Source: an uncultured Candidatus Saccharibacteria bacterium (GTDB taxonomy: Bacteria; Patescibacteriota; Minisyncoccia; Phycocordibacterales; XYD1-FULL-46-19). Taken from it: DNA of 64,000 nt. The translations under genes and the position numbers were made by a program. Shown here one piece after another: positions 1-10,112 of the stretch. Where the stretch lies: positions 164,944 to 228,943 of the forward strand of contig CAZEAY010000001.1 of assembly GCA_964510655.1 (NCBI GenBank), read 5' to 3'. The notes below the pieces were generated by a model. It was not told the DNA's origin. It was given only the letters and a program-made list of their open reading frames with translations, and ran no database searches. Every line of letters begins with the position of its first letter. Position 1 is the stretch's first letter.

Positions 1-40
1 CCAGAATAGCCATTAGGTACCAGAGGGCAGTACTCATCAT
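1..40 (-). CDS. 5' end of a gene running off the window (MMSTALWYLMAIL...), probably a membrane protein
   Basis: Minus strand reads AGGAG-aacaa-ATG followed by hydrophobic codons; lies directly downstream of 81..383. Confidence 0.5.
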   Translation of the reverse strand, partial: MMSTALWYLMAIL

Positions 41-80
41 TTGTTCTCCTGAGTGGATGGTGTTCAAAGGTTATTGGAGT

Positions 81-383
81 TTATGATCCGCCCATCGCCC
101 ATTTGACGTATTGGCCTAGCCAAACGAATGGACGGCTTAAGACGTAGCCGAGGACTCGGGTGGTTTTGGGGTGTCCGTCGTCGAGGTAGCTAACAAGCGC
201 TACTCCCAGGAAGAAAATCAAAAGTAGTGGCCAGAACAGGCACATCCCAAAAAACTCCCCATCGCTTGTTGGCTTGATGATTGAGCCTAAAATCCAAATC
301 AGAAATCGAACCACCAGGCTTCCAACGAAGAGCCAGATGACCAGTAGCAACAGTCCGATCAAGACTAGATTGGTGTGTGTCAT
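81..383 (-). CDS. Hypothetical membrane protein (GC-rich solo unit A)
   Basis: 100-aa hydrophobic ORF; AAGGCGGAG upstream; TTGATA-17-TAAACT at 457..429. Confidence 0.65.
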   Translation of the reverse strand: MTHTNLVLIGLLLLVIWLFVGSLVVRFLIWILGSIIKPTSDGEFFGMCLFWPLLLIFFLGVALVSYLDDGHPKTTRVLGYVLSRPFVWLGQYVKWAMGGS

Positions 384-498
384 TACCGTTTTCTCCGCCT
401 TGTAGAATTGAAAGATCGTTTGTTTTGGAGTTTAGCAGTTTATTATTTTTTTATCAATTTCTGTTGAATTTTAGGCCACTTTCCCATATAGTTTCTTT

Positions 499-1719
499 AT
501 GAAGAGTGGAGCATTAAAACAATTCAACTTACCAGATAAACCAGGGGTTTATTTTTTTAAGCATGGGAAAAATATCCTTTATGTCGGCAAGGCTACTTCA
601 CTTAAAGATCGAGTACGGAGTTATTTTAATGTTGATCTAAATATTACGCGTGGACTCGGTATTGTTCAGATGGTTGAATTAGCTGATAGTATTTCTTTTA
701 TTGAAACAGACTCTGTTTTGGAGGCTTTGATTTTGGAGGCGGCTCAAATAAAAAAACATCGGCCGAAATATAATGTTAAAGAAAAAGATGATAAAAGTTT
801 TAATTTTGTGGTAATTACTAAAGAAGCTTTTCCACGAGTACTTTTGGTTCGTGGAAAACAATTACGAGAAGATGAAGAATTGGCTAAGCAGATAAAATTT
901 CAATTTGGTCCTTTTCCTCAGGGGAGTGAATTGAAAGAAGCTTTAAAAATAATTCGCAAAATATTTCCTTTTCGTGATAAATGCCTGCCTAAAGTTGGTA
1001 AACCTTGTTTCAATGCTCAAATCGGCTTATGTCCCGGGGTCTGTAGTGGGGCTGTTTCTGAACTGAACTATGCTCAAACAATAAAAAACCTAAAACGCTT
1101 ATTTGAGGGTAAGAAAAAAGATATTATTAAGGACCTAGAAAAACAAATGAAGGTTTTGGCGGGAAAGCAGGAGTTCGAAAAGGCTGGGGAGATAAAGAAA
1201 AAGATATTTACCCTGGGCCACATTCAAGATATTTCTTTGATCAAATATCGCGACAATCGAGAGAGGATTGGCGCTTTTCGGATTGAAGCCTATGACATCG
1301 CTCATCTAGCGGGTAAAGACACTGTGGGAGTGATGGCAGTGGTTTTAGATGGTGAAATGGATAAAAGTTCATACCGAAAATTTACCATAAAGGGACGTGG
1401 TAAAGACGTTGCCAATGATATTGAAAATTTAAAAGAAATTTTATCACGTCGCTTTAACCATGATGAATGGACCCTGCCTCAGATTATTGTTTTAGATGGT
1501 GGTAAGGCTCAACTAAAAGCCGGACAAAATATTTTAACAACCCTGGGTTTAGATATTGCTGCGGTTAGTGTTGTGAAGGATGAATTTCATCGAGCACGGG
1601 AAATTTTAGGCGATAAAAAAATAATTCGCGAGCACGAAAGAGAAATAATTTTAGCTAACAGTGAGGCTCATCGTTTCGCCATACATTTCCACAGGCAAAT
1701 TCGTGGACGGATGATATAA
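499..1719 (+). CDS. uvrC: Excinuclease ABC subunit C-like protein (GIY-YIG, UVR, RNase H-like; no C-terminal HhH)
   Basis: PGVYFF..ILYVGKA..L..RV.SYF, EALILEA..IKK..PKYN, IEAYDIAH, LPQIIVLDGGKAQL, EAHRFAI. Confidence 0.9.
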   Translation: MKSGALKQFNLPDKPGVYFFKHGKNILYVGKATSLKDRVRSYFNVDLNITRGLGIVQMVELADSISFIETDSVLEALILEAAQIKKHRPKYNVKEKDDKSFNFVVITKEAFPRVLLVRGKQLREDEELAKQIKFQFGPFPQGSELKEALKIIRKIFPFRDKCLPKVGKPCFNAQIGLCPGVCSGAVSELNYAQTIKNLKRLFEGKKKDIIKDLEKQMKVLAGKQEFEKAGEIKKKIFTLGHIQDISLIKYRDNRERIGAFRIEAYDIAHLAGKDTVGVMAVVLDGEMDKSSYRKFTIKGRGKDVANDIENLKEILSRRFNHDEWTLPQIIVLDGGKAQLKAGQNILTTLGLDIAAVSVVKDEFHRAREILGDKKIIREHEREIILANSEAHRFAIHFHRQIRGRMI

Positions 1720-1789
1720 TAAAATAAATTACGAACTACTGCTTACGAATAATTTTGGTTATTCTTAATTTTTATTTCGAATTTATCTT

Positions 1790-3262
1790 ATGCCTGAAAA
1801 TTATTCATTTAAGTTGGCAGCCAATGAATGGTTAATAAAGACCAGATGGTTGTATTTGTTTTTGTTGGCGCTAACTTCTCTTGGGATAAATTGGAGCAAA
1901 CTTTCTGTTTTAAATTGGGCGAGTTTCACTTGGCTCAGTAATCCACTGCTGGTACTTTTTGTTTTGGCTTTTTTGGTCAACGCTTTACTGTATGTGGTTT
2001 CGCGAATGATTGATCTCGAGACTGCTCATCGTCACGTTTCCATCCTAAGTTTTCTCCAGGTTTCTTTTGAAATTGCGCTTATTTCGGCTCTTATTTATGA
2101 CTTTTCTGGAAGTATTAGTGTCGTTCCTGCTTTGTTATTTATTCCCATTGTTGAGTCTATTATTTTATTTGGGAATGTTGGACCCTTGGTGGTATCTATT
2201 CTAACGGGAGTGGTTTTAAATTTGATTGTTATTTTGGCTAATGCTCAAGCCGTACCATTTTTGTTTGGTCAAATAAAAGATGCCTCCTTTGATACTCTAA
2301 AAATTACCACTATCTTTAGTTGGTCTTTAATTTTTTCCGCTATCTATTTGGTGGTGGGGGCGATTTCAGCCTATATCGCTAAACAAATCGCGCAACGTGA
2401 GAAACTTTTGCTCCTAGAAACAGAAAATAAAGAAGTGCAAATGAATGCTTTGAAAAATTTTAATCAGGTTTTGGCTAGTGACACCAGAGCTTTGAAAGCT
2501 AAAGATTTTGAGTTAGAAATGGCCAACCGGAGACTAGAAACCCTAGAAGAGGCCAAATCCAAATTTATTTCTGTGACCGCTCATCAATTACGAACACCAT
2601 TGTCGGCTATTAAATGGACTTTTGATATGGTTTTGACTGGTGGATTGGGTCCGGTCACTCCTGAGCAGAAAGAATTTTTAAGTAAGGGGTTTGAGAGTAC
2701 TCAGCGAATGATCCATATTGTTAACGACTTACTTCATGTGGATCAGATGGATGCCAATAAAATTGAACTTAATTTTGAAAAGGTTAATCTAAACTCACTG
2801 ATTGAGAGTGTCAGTTTTGAATTTAATAATCAGGCGCAAAGTAAAGATATAAAATTGGATATAAAAGTTCCAGCTAAAGCCCTACCGGAAATTATGGGCG
2901 ATCAGTCTAAATTGCGAATTGTCTTGGAAAACCTCTTAGATAACGCAGTTAAATATACACCCAAAGGTGGTCAGATTACTCTAACCGCTTCTGATGCTAA
3001 ATTAAATTCGGCCCAAGCGATGATTGAAATTATTATTCAAGACTCTGGGATTGGGATCCCTGAATCTGAAAAATCTAAGATTTTTAGTAAGTTTTTCCGC
3101 GCGACTAATGCTATTCGCACGGAACCAGATGGTTCTGGTATCGGGCTCTTTATTTCTAAGGATATTATCGAAAAACATGGCGGGTCTTTGTGGTATGAAA
3201 GTAGCCCTAATAGTGGTTCAACTTTTTATGTCAGTTTGCCACTTAACCAGAAGGGTAAGTAG
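1790..3262 (+). CDS. Multi-pass membrane sensor histidine kinase
   Basis: H-box TAHQLRTPL, N-box NLLDNAVKYT, DSGIGI, GSGIGL; several N-terminal TM segments. Confidence 0.93.
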   Translation: MPENYSFKLAANEWLIKTRWLYLFLLALTSLGINWSKLSVLNWASFTWLSNPLLVLFVLAFLVNALLYVVSRMIDLETAHRHVSILSFLQVSFEIALISALIYDFSGSISVVPALLFIPIVESIILFGNVGPLVVSILTGVVLNLIVILANAQAVPFLFGQIKDASFDTLKITTIFSWSLIFSAIYLVVGAISAYIAKQIAQREKLLLLETENKEVQMNALKNFNQVLASDTRALKAKDFELEMANRRLETLEEAKSKFISVTAHQLRTPLSAIKWTFDMVLTGGLGPVTPEQKEFLSKGFESTQRMIHIVNDLLHVDQMDANKIELNFEKVNLNSLIESVSFEFNNQAQSKDIKLDIKVPAKALPEIMGDQSKLRIVLENLLDNAVKYTPKGGQITLTASDAKLNSAQAMIEIIIQDSGIGIPESEKSKIFSKFFRATNAIRTEPDGSGIGLFISKDIIEKHGGSLWYESSPNSGSTFYVSLPLNQKGK

Positions 3263-3334
3263 ATCGTCTTGTTTTTGCTAGGATTGTTAAGTATAATATG
3301 GTGAATTATTTAGTAAGCTTTAATTTTGAAGGCT

Positions 3335-3709
3335 ATGGCAGATCAAAAGAAAATTTTAATTGTAGAAGATGATGAATTTTTGCGTTCTTTAGCTGCAAAA
3401 CGTCTAGAAAAAGAGGGCTATCAGGTGCTGGCGGCGACCGATGGTGATATTGGTTTGAAAATGGCCAAGACGGAAAATCCAGTAATTATTCTTCTTGATC
3501 TTTTGTTGCCTGGTCTTTCTGGATATGAAGTGTTGGAAAAATTGCGAGAAGAGGAAGAAACTAAAAAGACTCCGATTATTGTTTTTTCTAATTTAGGGCA
3601 AAAAGAAGATGTTGAGAAGGCCAAGGGTTTGGGGGCCAATGACTTTTTAATTAAAGCCAACTTTACTCTTGACGATGTGGTAGAAAAGATTAAAACGTAC
3701 GTTGGTTAA
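3335..3709 (+). CDS. Single-domain response regulator
   Basis: KILIVEDD, LLDLLLPG.SG, FLIK; directly follows the kinase; ATG 3335 preferred over TTG 3326. Confidence 0.92.
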   Translation: MADQKKILIVEDDEFLRSLAAKRLEKEGYQVLAATDGDIGLKMAKTENPVIILLDLLLPGLSGYEVLEKLREEEETKKTPIIVFSNLGQKEDVEKAKGLGANDFLIKANFTLDDVVEKIKTYVG

Positions 3710-3837
3710 ATTTTATTTTTGATTCTAAGATAAATAAAAACGGGGGATTTATTCCTCTGTTTTTTGTTACTCGTCTTGTTTAAATTATATTTTTAGATTA
3801 TTCTGATAAATAGATCTAGTGGGAAGGAGTATCTCTC

Positions 3838-4023
3838 ATGATCGATTCTGAAGAGAGGATGCGTATTCCCAAGGGCTTGCGCATTACCAAGACTCTTGGG
3901 GAACATCCTCAGCCAGCAGACGACGGTGTTCGTCTTGATGCTGTGGCTTTCCGAGAAGCTTCGAGGAGGAGAGTCGGGTGTTGTCATCCGACCAGATTCA
4001 TCGTTCTCCCTGATCGGAGCTGA
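3838..4023 (+). CDS. Small hypothetical protein, 61 aa (solo unit B)
   Basis: GGAAGGAG 8 nt before ATG; TTGTTT-17-TATTCT upstream; GC-richer than flanks; hairpin downstream. Confidence 0.55.
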   Translation: MIDSEERMRIPKGLRITKTLGEHPQPADDGVRLDAVAFREASRRRVGCCHPTRFIVLPDRS

Positions 4024-4045
4024 CTCACTCCTGTGTCGAATTTTA

Positions 4046-4077
4046 CCCCACCCGTCGAAAGACAACGACGGGTGGGG
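4046..4077 (+). terminator. GC-rich hairpin ending unit B
   Basis: CCCCACCCGTCG-aaagacaa-CGACGGGTGGGG then atttt. Confidence 0.75.
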
Positions 4078-4183
4078 ATTTTGTTTGTAATTCAGGGTTA
4101 AATCTGGACCTATTTAGGTAGAAAAAAATTATTATAGATATACACAGTGGGACTTTGTTTTTTTGGGTGTTATAATTAAATCA

Positions 4184-5149
4184 ATGTCTCAAATTCGAGT
4201 TGGAATTGTCCGTGGTGGACCTAGTTCAGAATATGAAGTCTCTTTAAAAACAGGAGGCAGTGTTTTGGCTAATTTACCAACTCATTACCATAAAGAAGAT
4301 ATCTTAATTACGAAGGATGGTGTTTGGCATTTGCGTGGCGAACCGATTGCTCGACAAAATTTGCCTAATTATATCGACGTCGCCTTTCTGTGTCTTCATG
4401 GAGAATATGGAGAGGATGGTCAGGTTCAGCGAATTTTAGAAACCGTTGGTCTACCTTACACGGGGTCGGGGAGTTTGGCTTCGGCTTTAGGTATGAATAA
4501 GTTGCATACAAAAAAATATTTATCAGCCCATGGCATTAAAATGCCTCGTCATATTCACGTTGTGGCTGGTGACAATCCAATTGAAAAAACCCATGAAGTG
4601 TTTTTAAAGTTTGCTCCGCCTTACATTGTTAAACCGACCGACCGGGGTTCATCTGTCGGCTTGTTTGTTGTAAAAAGCGTCCATGATTTGCCTCAGGCTA
4701 TTTCTGCCTGTTTACAGATTTCAGATTCTGTCTTGGTGGAAGAATTTATTCGTGGTAGAGAGGCAACCTGTGGGGTGGTAGAAAAAATGCGTGGTCATGA
4801 TATTTATCCTCTTTATCCCACTGAGATTGTTCCTCCCCCTAAGCAAACCTATGATTATGATGCTAAATATAATTCGGTCGAGACAAAAATTGTTTGTCCT
4901 GGACGCTTTGCTCCAGAAGAAAAGCATCAGATTGCCAGGCTGGCGGTTTTAGCTCACGAAAAACTTGGACTTAGACATTATTCTCGTTCTGATTTTATCG
5001 TTTCTCCTCGAGGAATCTATTATCTGGAAACAAATACTCTTCCCGGTTTAACAGACCATTCCCTTGTTCCTAAGGCGGTCTCGGCGGCGGGAATCAATTA
5101 TGGCGATTTTTTAGATCACTTGATTAAGCTTGCTCTGGGTAAGATCTAA
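4184..5149 (+). CDS. ddl: D-alanine--D-alanine ligase family protein
   Basis: GGPSSEYEVSL.TG, LHGEYGEDG, GSSVG, YDYDAKY, ETNTLPG; ATG 4184 follows TATAAT by 7 nt. Confidence 0.9.
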   Translation: MSQIRVGIVRGGPSSEYEVSLKTGGSVLANLPTHYHKEDILITKDGVWHLRGEPIARQNLPNYIDVAFLCLHGEYGEDGQVQRILETVGLPYTGSGSLASALGMNKLHTKKYLSAHGIKMPRHIHVVAGDNPIEKTHEVFLKFAPPYIVKPTDRGSSVGLFVVKSVHDLPQAISACLQISDSVLVEEFIRGREATCGVVEKMRGHDIYPLYPTEIVPPPKQTYDYDAKYNSVETKIVCPGRFAPEEKHQIARLAVLAHEKLGLRHYSRSDFIVSPRGIYYLETNTLPGLTDHSLVPKAVSAAGINYGDFLDHLIKLALGKI

Positions 5150-5206
5150 AATTGAGTTTTTTTATTACTTCTTGGATTTTAATTAGTCGACTGATATAAT
5201 GTCTTT

Positions 5207-5491
5207 ATGGAAGGCGTTTTAAAGTCGGATATTTTCTTTTTTATCACCTCACTCGTAGTAATTTTGATTGGGATTGGGTCAGTTATGGTTTTCTTTTATT
5301 TGGTTAATATTTTGCGTGACGTTAAAGATGTTTCGCGCACTGTCAAAGAGGAAACTAGGGGTATTGCCGAAGACCTTTCACAATTACGAACCAAAGTGAA
5401 AACTGGTGGCGTGGTGGTTGGGGTGCTGACTTTTTTCCGTCGCTTATTGTCACGCAGTAAAAAAGGTCGTAAACATAGTAAGGGTAATTAA
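5207..5491 (+). CDS. Hypothetical single-TM protein
   Basis: N-terminal TM, helical segment, basic tail. Confidence 0.75.
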   Translation: MEGVLKSDIFFFITSLVVILIGIGSVMVFFYLVNILRDVKDVSRTVKEETRGIAEDLSQLRTKVKTGGVVVGVLTFFRRLLSRSKKGRKHSKGN

Positions 5492-5516
5492 AAAAATAAT
5501 TTTAAATATAAATATT

Positions 5517-5885
5517 ATGGCAAGTAAGAAAACAACAGGTGTTGGCGCCGCTGGGATGGTCGGGATTGCGGCTACTTTAGCTGCGGCGGTGGCAGGAGGC
5601 TATTTTCTTTATGGTAAAGATGGGGCCAAAAATCGCAAAAAGATAAAAAGTTGGATGTTAAAAGCTAAGGGTGAGGTTTTAGAACAAATGGAGAAGGGGA
5701 AAGAGATGACCGAAGAAACCTATCACAATGTTATTGATAAGGTGTCCCAAAAATATCAAGCGGTTAAGAATATTGATCCCACTGAATTGCAACAGATGAC
5801 AAAAGAATTGAAGGGTCATTGGAAAAGTATCAAGAGCCAATTGTCCCCCAAGGCTAAAAGTAAAAAGAAAGTAGCTAAAAAGTAA
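5517..5885 (+). CDS. Hypothetical protein, YtxH-like layout
   Basis: Gly/Ala-rich TM then FLYGK.G..NRKK and a helical region. Confidence 0.7.
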   Translation: MASKKTTGVGAAGMVGIAATLAAAVAGGYFLYGKDGAKNRKKIKSWMLKAKGEVLEQMEKGKEMTEETYHNVIDKVSQKYQAVKNIDPTELQQMTKELKGHWKSIKSQLSPKAKSKKKVAKK

Positions 5886-5936
5886 TAAAATAAATCAAAA
5901 ATAGCCTAAATATGGGCTATTTTTGATTTATTTTAT
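5885..5936 (+). terminator. AT-rich terminator hairpin
   Basis: 22-bp arms ATAAAATAAATCAAAAATAGCC / GGCTATTTTTGATTTATTTTAT. Confidence 0.75.
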
Positions 5937-6042
5937 ATCCCCAATTTTTTGCGTGCTTTTATTTTACTCATGTTATAATTGTGGACAGTAAGCTCGCTTC
6001 TTAGTGAACAGAGTTTATGCTTTTTATTATTAGTCGATTAAA

Positions 6043-7530
6043 ATGACAGAAAGAAAAATTTTCTTACGGTTTTTGTTTTTTATTGCTATTTTTTTTATCA
6101 ACAGTGGTCGTGTTTTTGCATCTCCTAATATTTTTGATATTTCGCCGACTTCGGGTAGCCGAATCAATGGTTTTACTAGTCTTACCTTTTCTACCACTGA
6201 GCTGAACGATGTTGGTTGTCAGATTGATGGTTTAAACTGGGGCAGACCCTGTGGCGCATCAAATTTTACTTCTATCCCTGGTTGGGGCAATGTTGAGGAG
6301 GGTACCGTCACTTTATTGATTAGTGGTACCGACCAAGAAGGAAATTCTTTCTCTACTACTACGACCTATCTTAAAGACACCCTGTTGCCAATTATTAATC
6401 TAATTGGTTCCAGTGAAGAGTCTGTGGTGGTGGGTACCACCTACACTGACCCTGGAGTCACTGCCTCTAACGAATTTGGAGTGGATTTAACTGCTGATGT
6501 TGTGGTTGGTGGAGACATTGTCGATATTAACACTCTCGGAGATTATACTATTACTTATAATGTAGCTGATTCACTTGGTGATCAGGCACTTGAGGTTCGT
6601 CGGATTGTTCATATTATTCCTTTTGCTGTCACTGGTTTGTCTGACGATTTTATTCCGACCAAAAATAAAACCTGGAGTTGGTCAGCCAATAAAGCCGATT
6701 CCACTTTTCGATTTTCCTTAGACCAAGATGTTTCTGGTGTCATCGATGGAGAATATTCCAGTCTAACAGGAACTAGTACTGAAAATTTAGCTGATGGAAC
6801 TTATTATTTACATGTTCAAGCTAAAGATTTATCAGATAATGAGAGTTTAGTGACAACTGTTTCTGTCGTTATTGATAATACTCCTCCAGTTATTGATGTT
6901 CTTGGTTCTAATCCCCTGAACTTAGTTGTTGGTGAAAGCTTCACTGATCCTGGAGCCACTTCTACTGATTCAATTGACGGAAGTGTGATTACTACTTCTG
7001 CTGGCTCAGTTGATAGTAATACGGCTGGGACTTATACGATTACTTATTCCGCCACTGATCGGGCGGGTAATGATGCTAGTGGTAGTCGCACGATTGTTGT
7101 TAGTCCCGCTCCATCTCGCAGCGGAGGTGGTGGAGGAGGAGGGTCTAGTCGAGTTTCTACTTCTCAGGTAAATGTAGCTCCAACTAGCCCCGTTTCTTCT
7201 GGGATTGTGTTGGGCGCCTCCACTTTTAGATTTTTGAAAGACTTATCTTTTGGAATGAAAAATAATGATGTCAATGAGTTACAGTTACGCTTGATTAAAG
7301 AGGGATACCTAAAATCTTTGAACACTGGTTATTTTGGGTCGCAAACTTTATTGGCGGTCAAAACTTATCAAAAAAGACACCAATTGCCAGCAAGTGGGTT
7401 TTTTGGCCCAATGACTCGTGCTATGATAAATGGAGATAATCAGACTGAGCTCGATCAGACAAAAATAAATGCTCTCCTTGAGCAATTAAAATATTTTCAA
7501 ACTTTGTTAGATAAGATTAAAAATAAATAA
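6043..7530 (+). CDS. Secreted protein with DUF5011-type Ig-like repeats and C-terminal peptidoglycan-binding domain
   Basis: Signal peptide; two P.I.L.G...Y/FTDPG.T...G.YTITY..D..G units; poly-Gly linker; DV.ELQ..L..GY..TGYFG..T..AV..YQ. Confidence 0.85.
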   Translation: MTERKIFLRFLFFIAIFFINSGRVFASPNIFDISPTSGSRINGFTSLTFSTTELNDVGCQIDGLNWGRPCGASNFTSIPGWGNVEEGTVTLLISGTDQEGNSFSTTTTYLKDTLLPIINLIGSSEESVVVGTTYTDPGVTASNEFGVDLTADVVVGGDIVDINTLGDYTITYNVADSLGDQALEVRRIVHIIPFAVTGLSDDFIPTKNKTWSWSANKADSTFRFSLDQDVSGVIDGEYSSLTGTSTENLADGTYYLHVQAKDLSDNESLVTTVSVVIDNTPPVIDVLGSNPLNLVVGESFTDPGATSTDSIDGSVITTSAGSVDSNTAGTYTITYSATDRAGNDASGSRTIVVSPAPSRSGGGGGGGSSRVSTSQVNVAPTSPVSSGIVLGASTFRFLKDLSFGMKNNDVNELQLRLIKEGYLKSLNTGYFGSQTLLAVKTYQKRHQLPASGFFGPMTRAMINGDNQTELDQTKINALLEQLKYFQTLLDKIKNK

Positions 7531-7531
7531 C

Positions 7532-8905
7532 ATGAAAATCACTAATATTTTCTCTCGGCTAGTGTTGTCGGCCTTCCTCTGCCTAATTGTTTTGGTGGCG
7601 GTAAAGGCTTCGGCCGAGACCGTCGTCATTATCAAAAATGTCAATTCTGTTAGTCGTCAAGTGGAGTTAACTAACATAGTTGAAACCGATGTAGACTTGT
7701 CTGGTTGGAAGCTTGATCAGCAAAATCTACCAGTTGGCGAGGCGAATCCTTTGATTAGTACCGATTTGTCTGGAACAATTTCTGCAATGAGTGACAGAAG
7801 TTTTGCGGTTGAGGGATTTGGTCCTGAGGGGGCTATCTTTTATCTTTATGATCAAGATAATAATCTGGTTATGAGTGCCACCCTGGCTTTGAATGAAGAA
7901 GTCCCAGTGATTTCTGGAGTTTCTCCTGTTTCAGGAAGTCGGGTGGGAAGTCTAACAACTTTAACTTTTTCCAGTAGTAAATTTAATGATCCCGGGTGTC
8001 AGGTGGATGGTTTAAACTGGGGTAGTCCTTGCCAAGGGTTGACCTTTATGGCGATTCCGGGTTGGGGCAATGTAGAAGAGGGACCATTTACCTTAACCAT
8101 TAGAGATACTAATTCTGTTGGGGTAGAAGGTAGACTAGATATTAGCTATATCAAGGATGTAACTCCACCAACTCTTGTTAGTGCTACAGCTATTGATGCT
8201 ACAACCATTAGCTTGAGCTTTAACGAATACCTAAAATCTCCTGTTTTGTCTTCAGATTTTATGGTTAGTGGTAATAGTGGTGATAATCCTGTTGTCTCGG
8301 CGACCGTTGTTGGTTCTGTTATTGTCTTAAAACTCCAAAACTCATTTTTAAGTACGGATAATATTTTATTAAACATTAATCCATTTAATCCAATTAGTAT
8401 TAAAGATACTGTTGGTAATGAGTTTATTCCAGTTGAAACAATTTCAGTGGTTAACAATATTCCTGTTGTTGTGACTTCTCCAGCGGGACAGGGAAATTCA
8501 TCTGGAGGGGGAGGAGGTAGCAGAACTACTGGTTATCTTAATTTAACTCTGGCTCCTGGCGGACAAGTTTTGGGTTTTGCCATCTTCCGCTTCAACAACA
8601 ACTTATCCCAAGGACAAAAACATCCCGATGTGATGGAGTTACAAAAACGTTTGATTAGAGAAGGCTTTATGGCTTCCGCTAGCACAACTGATTATTTTGG
8701 ACCAAAAACTTTAGCGGCCGTAAAGCTTTACCAGAAAAAAAATAAATTGCCAACCAACGGTTATGTTGGTCCAATGACTCGTTCAGTACTAAATGGTTGG
8801 TTTACAAAAAATCGTCCAGTGACTAATTTGGCCAATGTTAATCAGCAAGAATTAATTAGGTTACAAAACTTGCTAGAAATGTTGTTAAAGTTGATTAAAA
8901 AGTAG
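7532..8905 (+). CDS. Secreted protein with lamin-tail-like, Ig-like and peptidoglycan-binding domains
   Basis: Signal peptide; VELTN...VDLSGWKL; DVTPPTLVSA; same PG-binding motif as upstream gene. Confidence 0.8.
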   Translation: MKITNIFSRLVLSAFLCLIVLVAVKASAETVVIIKNVNSVSRQVELTNIVETDVDLSGWKLDQQNLPVGEANPLISTDLSGTISAMSDRSFAVEGFGPEGAIFYLYDQDNNLVMSATLALNEEVPVISGVSPVSGSRVGSLTTLTFSSSKFNDPGCQVDGLNWGSPCQGLTFMAIPGWGNVEEGPFTLTIRDTNSVGVEGRLDISYIKDVTPPTLVSATAIDATTISLSFNEYLKSPVLSSDFMVSGNSGDNPVVSATVVGSVIVLKLQNSFLSTDNILLNINPFNPISIKDTVGNEFIPVETISVVNNIPVVVTSPAGQGNSSGGGGGSRTTGYLNLTLAPGGQVLGFAIFRFNNNLSQGQKHPDVMELQKRLIREGFMASASTTDYFGPKTLAAVKLYQKKNKLPTNGYVGPMTRSVLNGWFTKNRPVTNLANVNQQELIRLQNLLEMLLKLIKK

Positions 8906-8964
8906 ACATGTTTCCTGAATAAAATTTTATTCCTAACTGTTTTGACGAATAACCATTGTCATTT

Positions 8965-10068
8965 ATGGATCTACAAAAAAAGATAAGAAATTTTTTCATC
9001 CCAACTCTGCAGAACCAACTAAGTCCTTATTCCTTAAGATATAAGACCTTGGTCTTTGTAGCGGTCCTGGCGGTGGCGATTGAGTTGTTGTTCTATGCTT
9101 ACGTTAATACAGCCTTCAAGCAAAATCTTTTACTCGGTAATATTATTGACAGTATTCAAACGACAGTGGCCGATGTTTTGCCTCAAGTTATTGCTGATGA
9201 GACAAACAACAATCGTCTTGCCAACAATGAGCCGCCACTCAAAAATAATCTTTACCTAACGATGGCGGCTAGGCTGAAGGTGGATGATATGGTAAAGAAA
9301 GGGTATTTTTCTCATCAGGGGCCAGATGGGAGTATGGCTTGGAATTGGATGGATAAGGTTAATTATTCTTATTCCTATGCAGGAGAAAACTTAGCGGTGA
9401 ATTTTTTTGACGCTCGTGACGTGGTTAGTGCTTGGATGAAATCTCCCACCCATCGAGAAAATATTTTAAGTCCTCATTTTACTGAAGTGGGGATTGCGGC
9501 TGCCCGTGGTGTTTGGGAGGGTAAAGAGACCGTCTTTGTTGTCCAAATGTTTGGTGCGCCTCCTGCTCCTGATAATATTTCTACTGGCTTGGCTAAAAAT
9601 GCGACTCCGCCTAAGATTTATAAAAAACCAGCCGAGTCCTCTCCAGTTGCGGTTTCTACCTCTAGTGTTAGTACTTCAACGGCTGTTACTCATTTAGCTG
9701 TTGCTACCTCTACAGTTATGGCAACATCGGTAGTTAACGGTGCCATTATACCAGGCAAAAGTCTTACCACTGTTCAAAAATGGTTAGTATCACCTCGTCA
9801 CTTGGCGAGAGATGCTTATATCGTTTTAATGATTTATATGTCTTTAGTCCTATTGATTCCAATGTTTATGATTTATCACCGTCATGTATCGGCTAGTCAA
9901 TGGCTGAGGTTCAAAGAAATATTTATTTTGTTCCGTCGCCCAATCACCTCGGCTCTTGTTACCTTCATCTTCATTTCATTGGCAATGTACCTAAACTATG
10001 CCTGGGGTAAGGCTGGTTCCAGTGTCCATAATATGTTTATTGAGGTGGGGGTATCCAAACAAATATAA
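8965..10068 (+). CDS. CAP/SCP-domain membrane protein
   Basis: DM..KGYFSH..PDG, YAGENLA, AWMKSPTHRENIL, EVGIA. Confidence 0.88.
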   Translation: MDLQKKIRNFFIPTLQNQLSPYSLRYKTLVFVAVLAVAIELLFYAYVNTAFKQNLLLGNIIDSIQTTVADVLPQVIADETNNNRLANNEPPLKNNLYLTMAARLKVDDMVKKGYFSHQGPDGSMAWNWMDKVNYSYSYAGENLAVNFFDARDVVSAWMKSPTHRENILSPHFTEVGIAAARGVWEGKETVFVVQMFGAPPAPDNISTGLAKNATPPKIYKKPAESSPVAVSTSSVSTSTAVTHLAVATSTVMATSVVNGAIIPGKSLTTVQKWLVSPRHLARDAYIVLMIYMSLVLLIPMFMIYHRHVSASQWLRFKEIFILFRRPITSALVTFIFISLAMYLNYAWGKAGSSVHNMFIEVGVSKQI

Positions 10069-10112
10069 TAGGAGTATTATATAAACAATGGTTAATTTAA
10101 AGTATCACTAAT

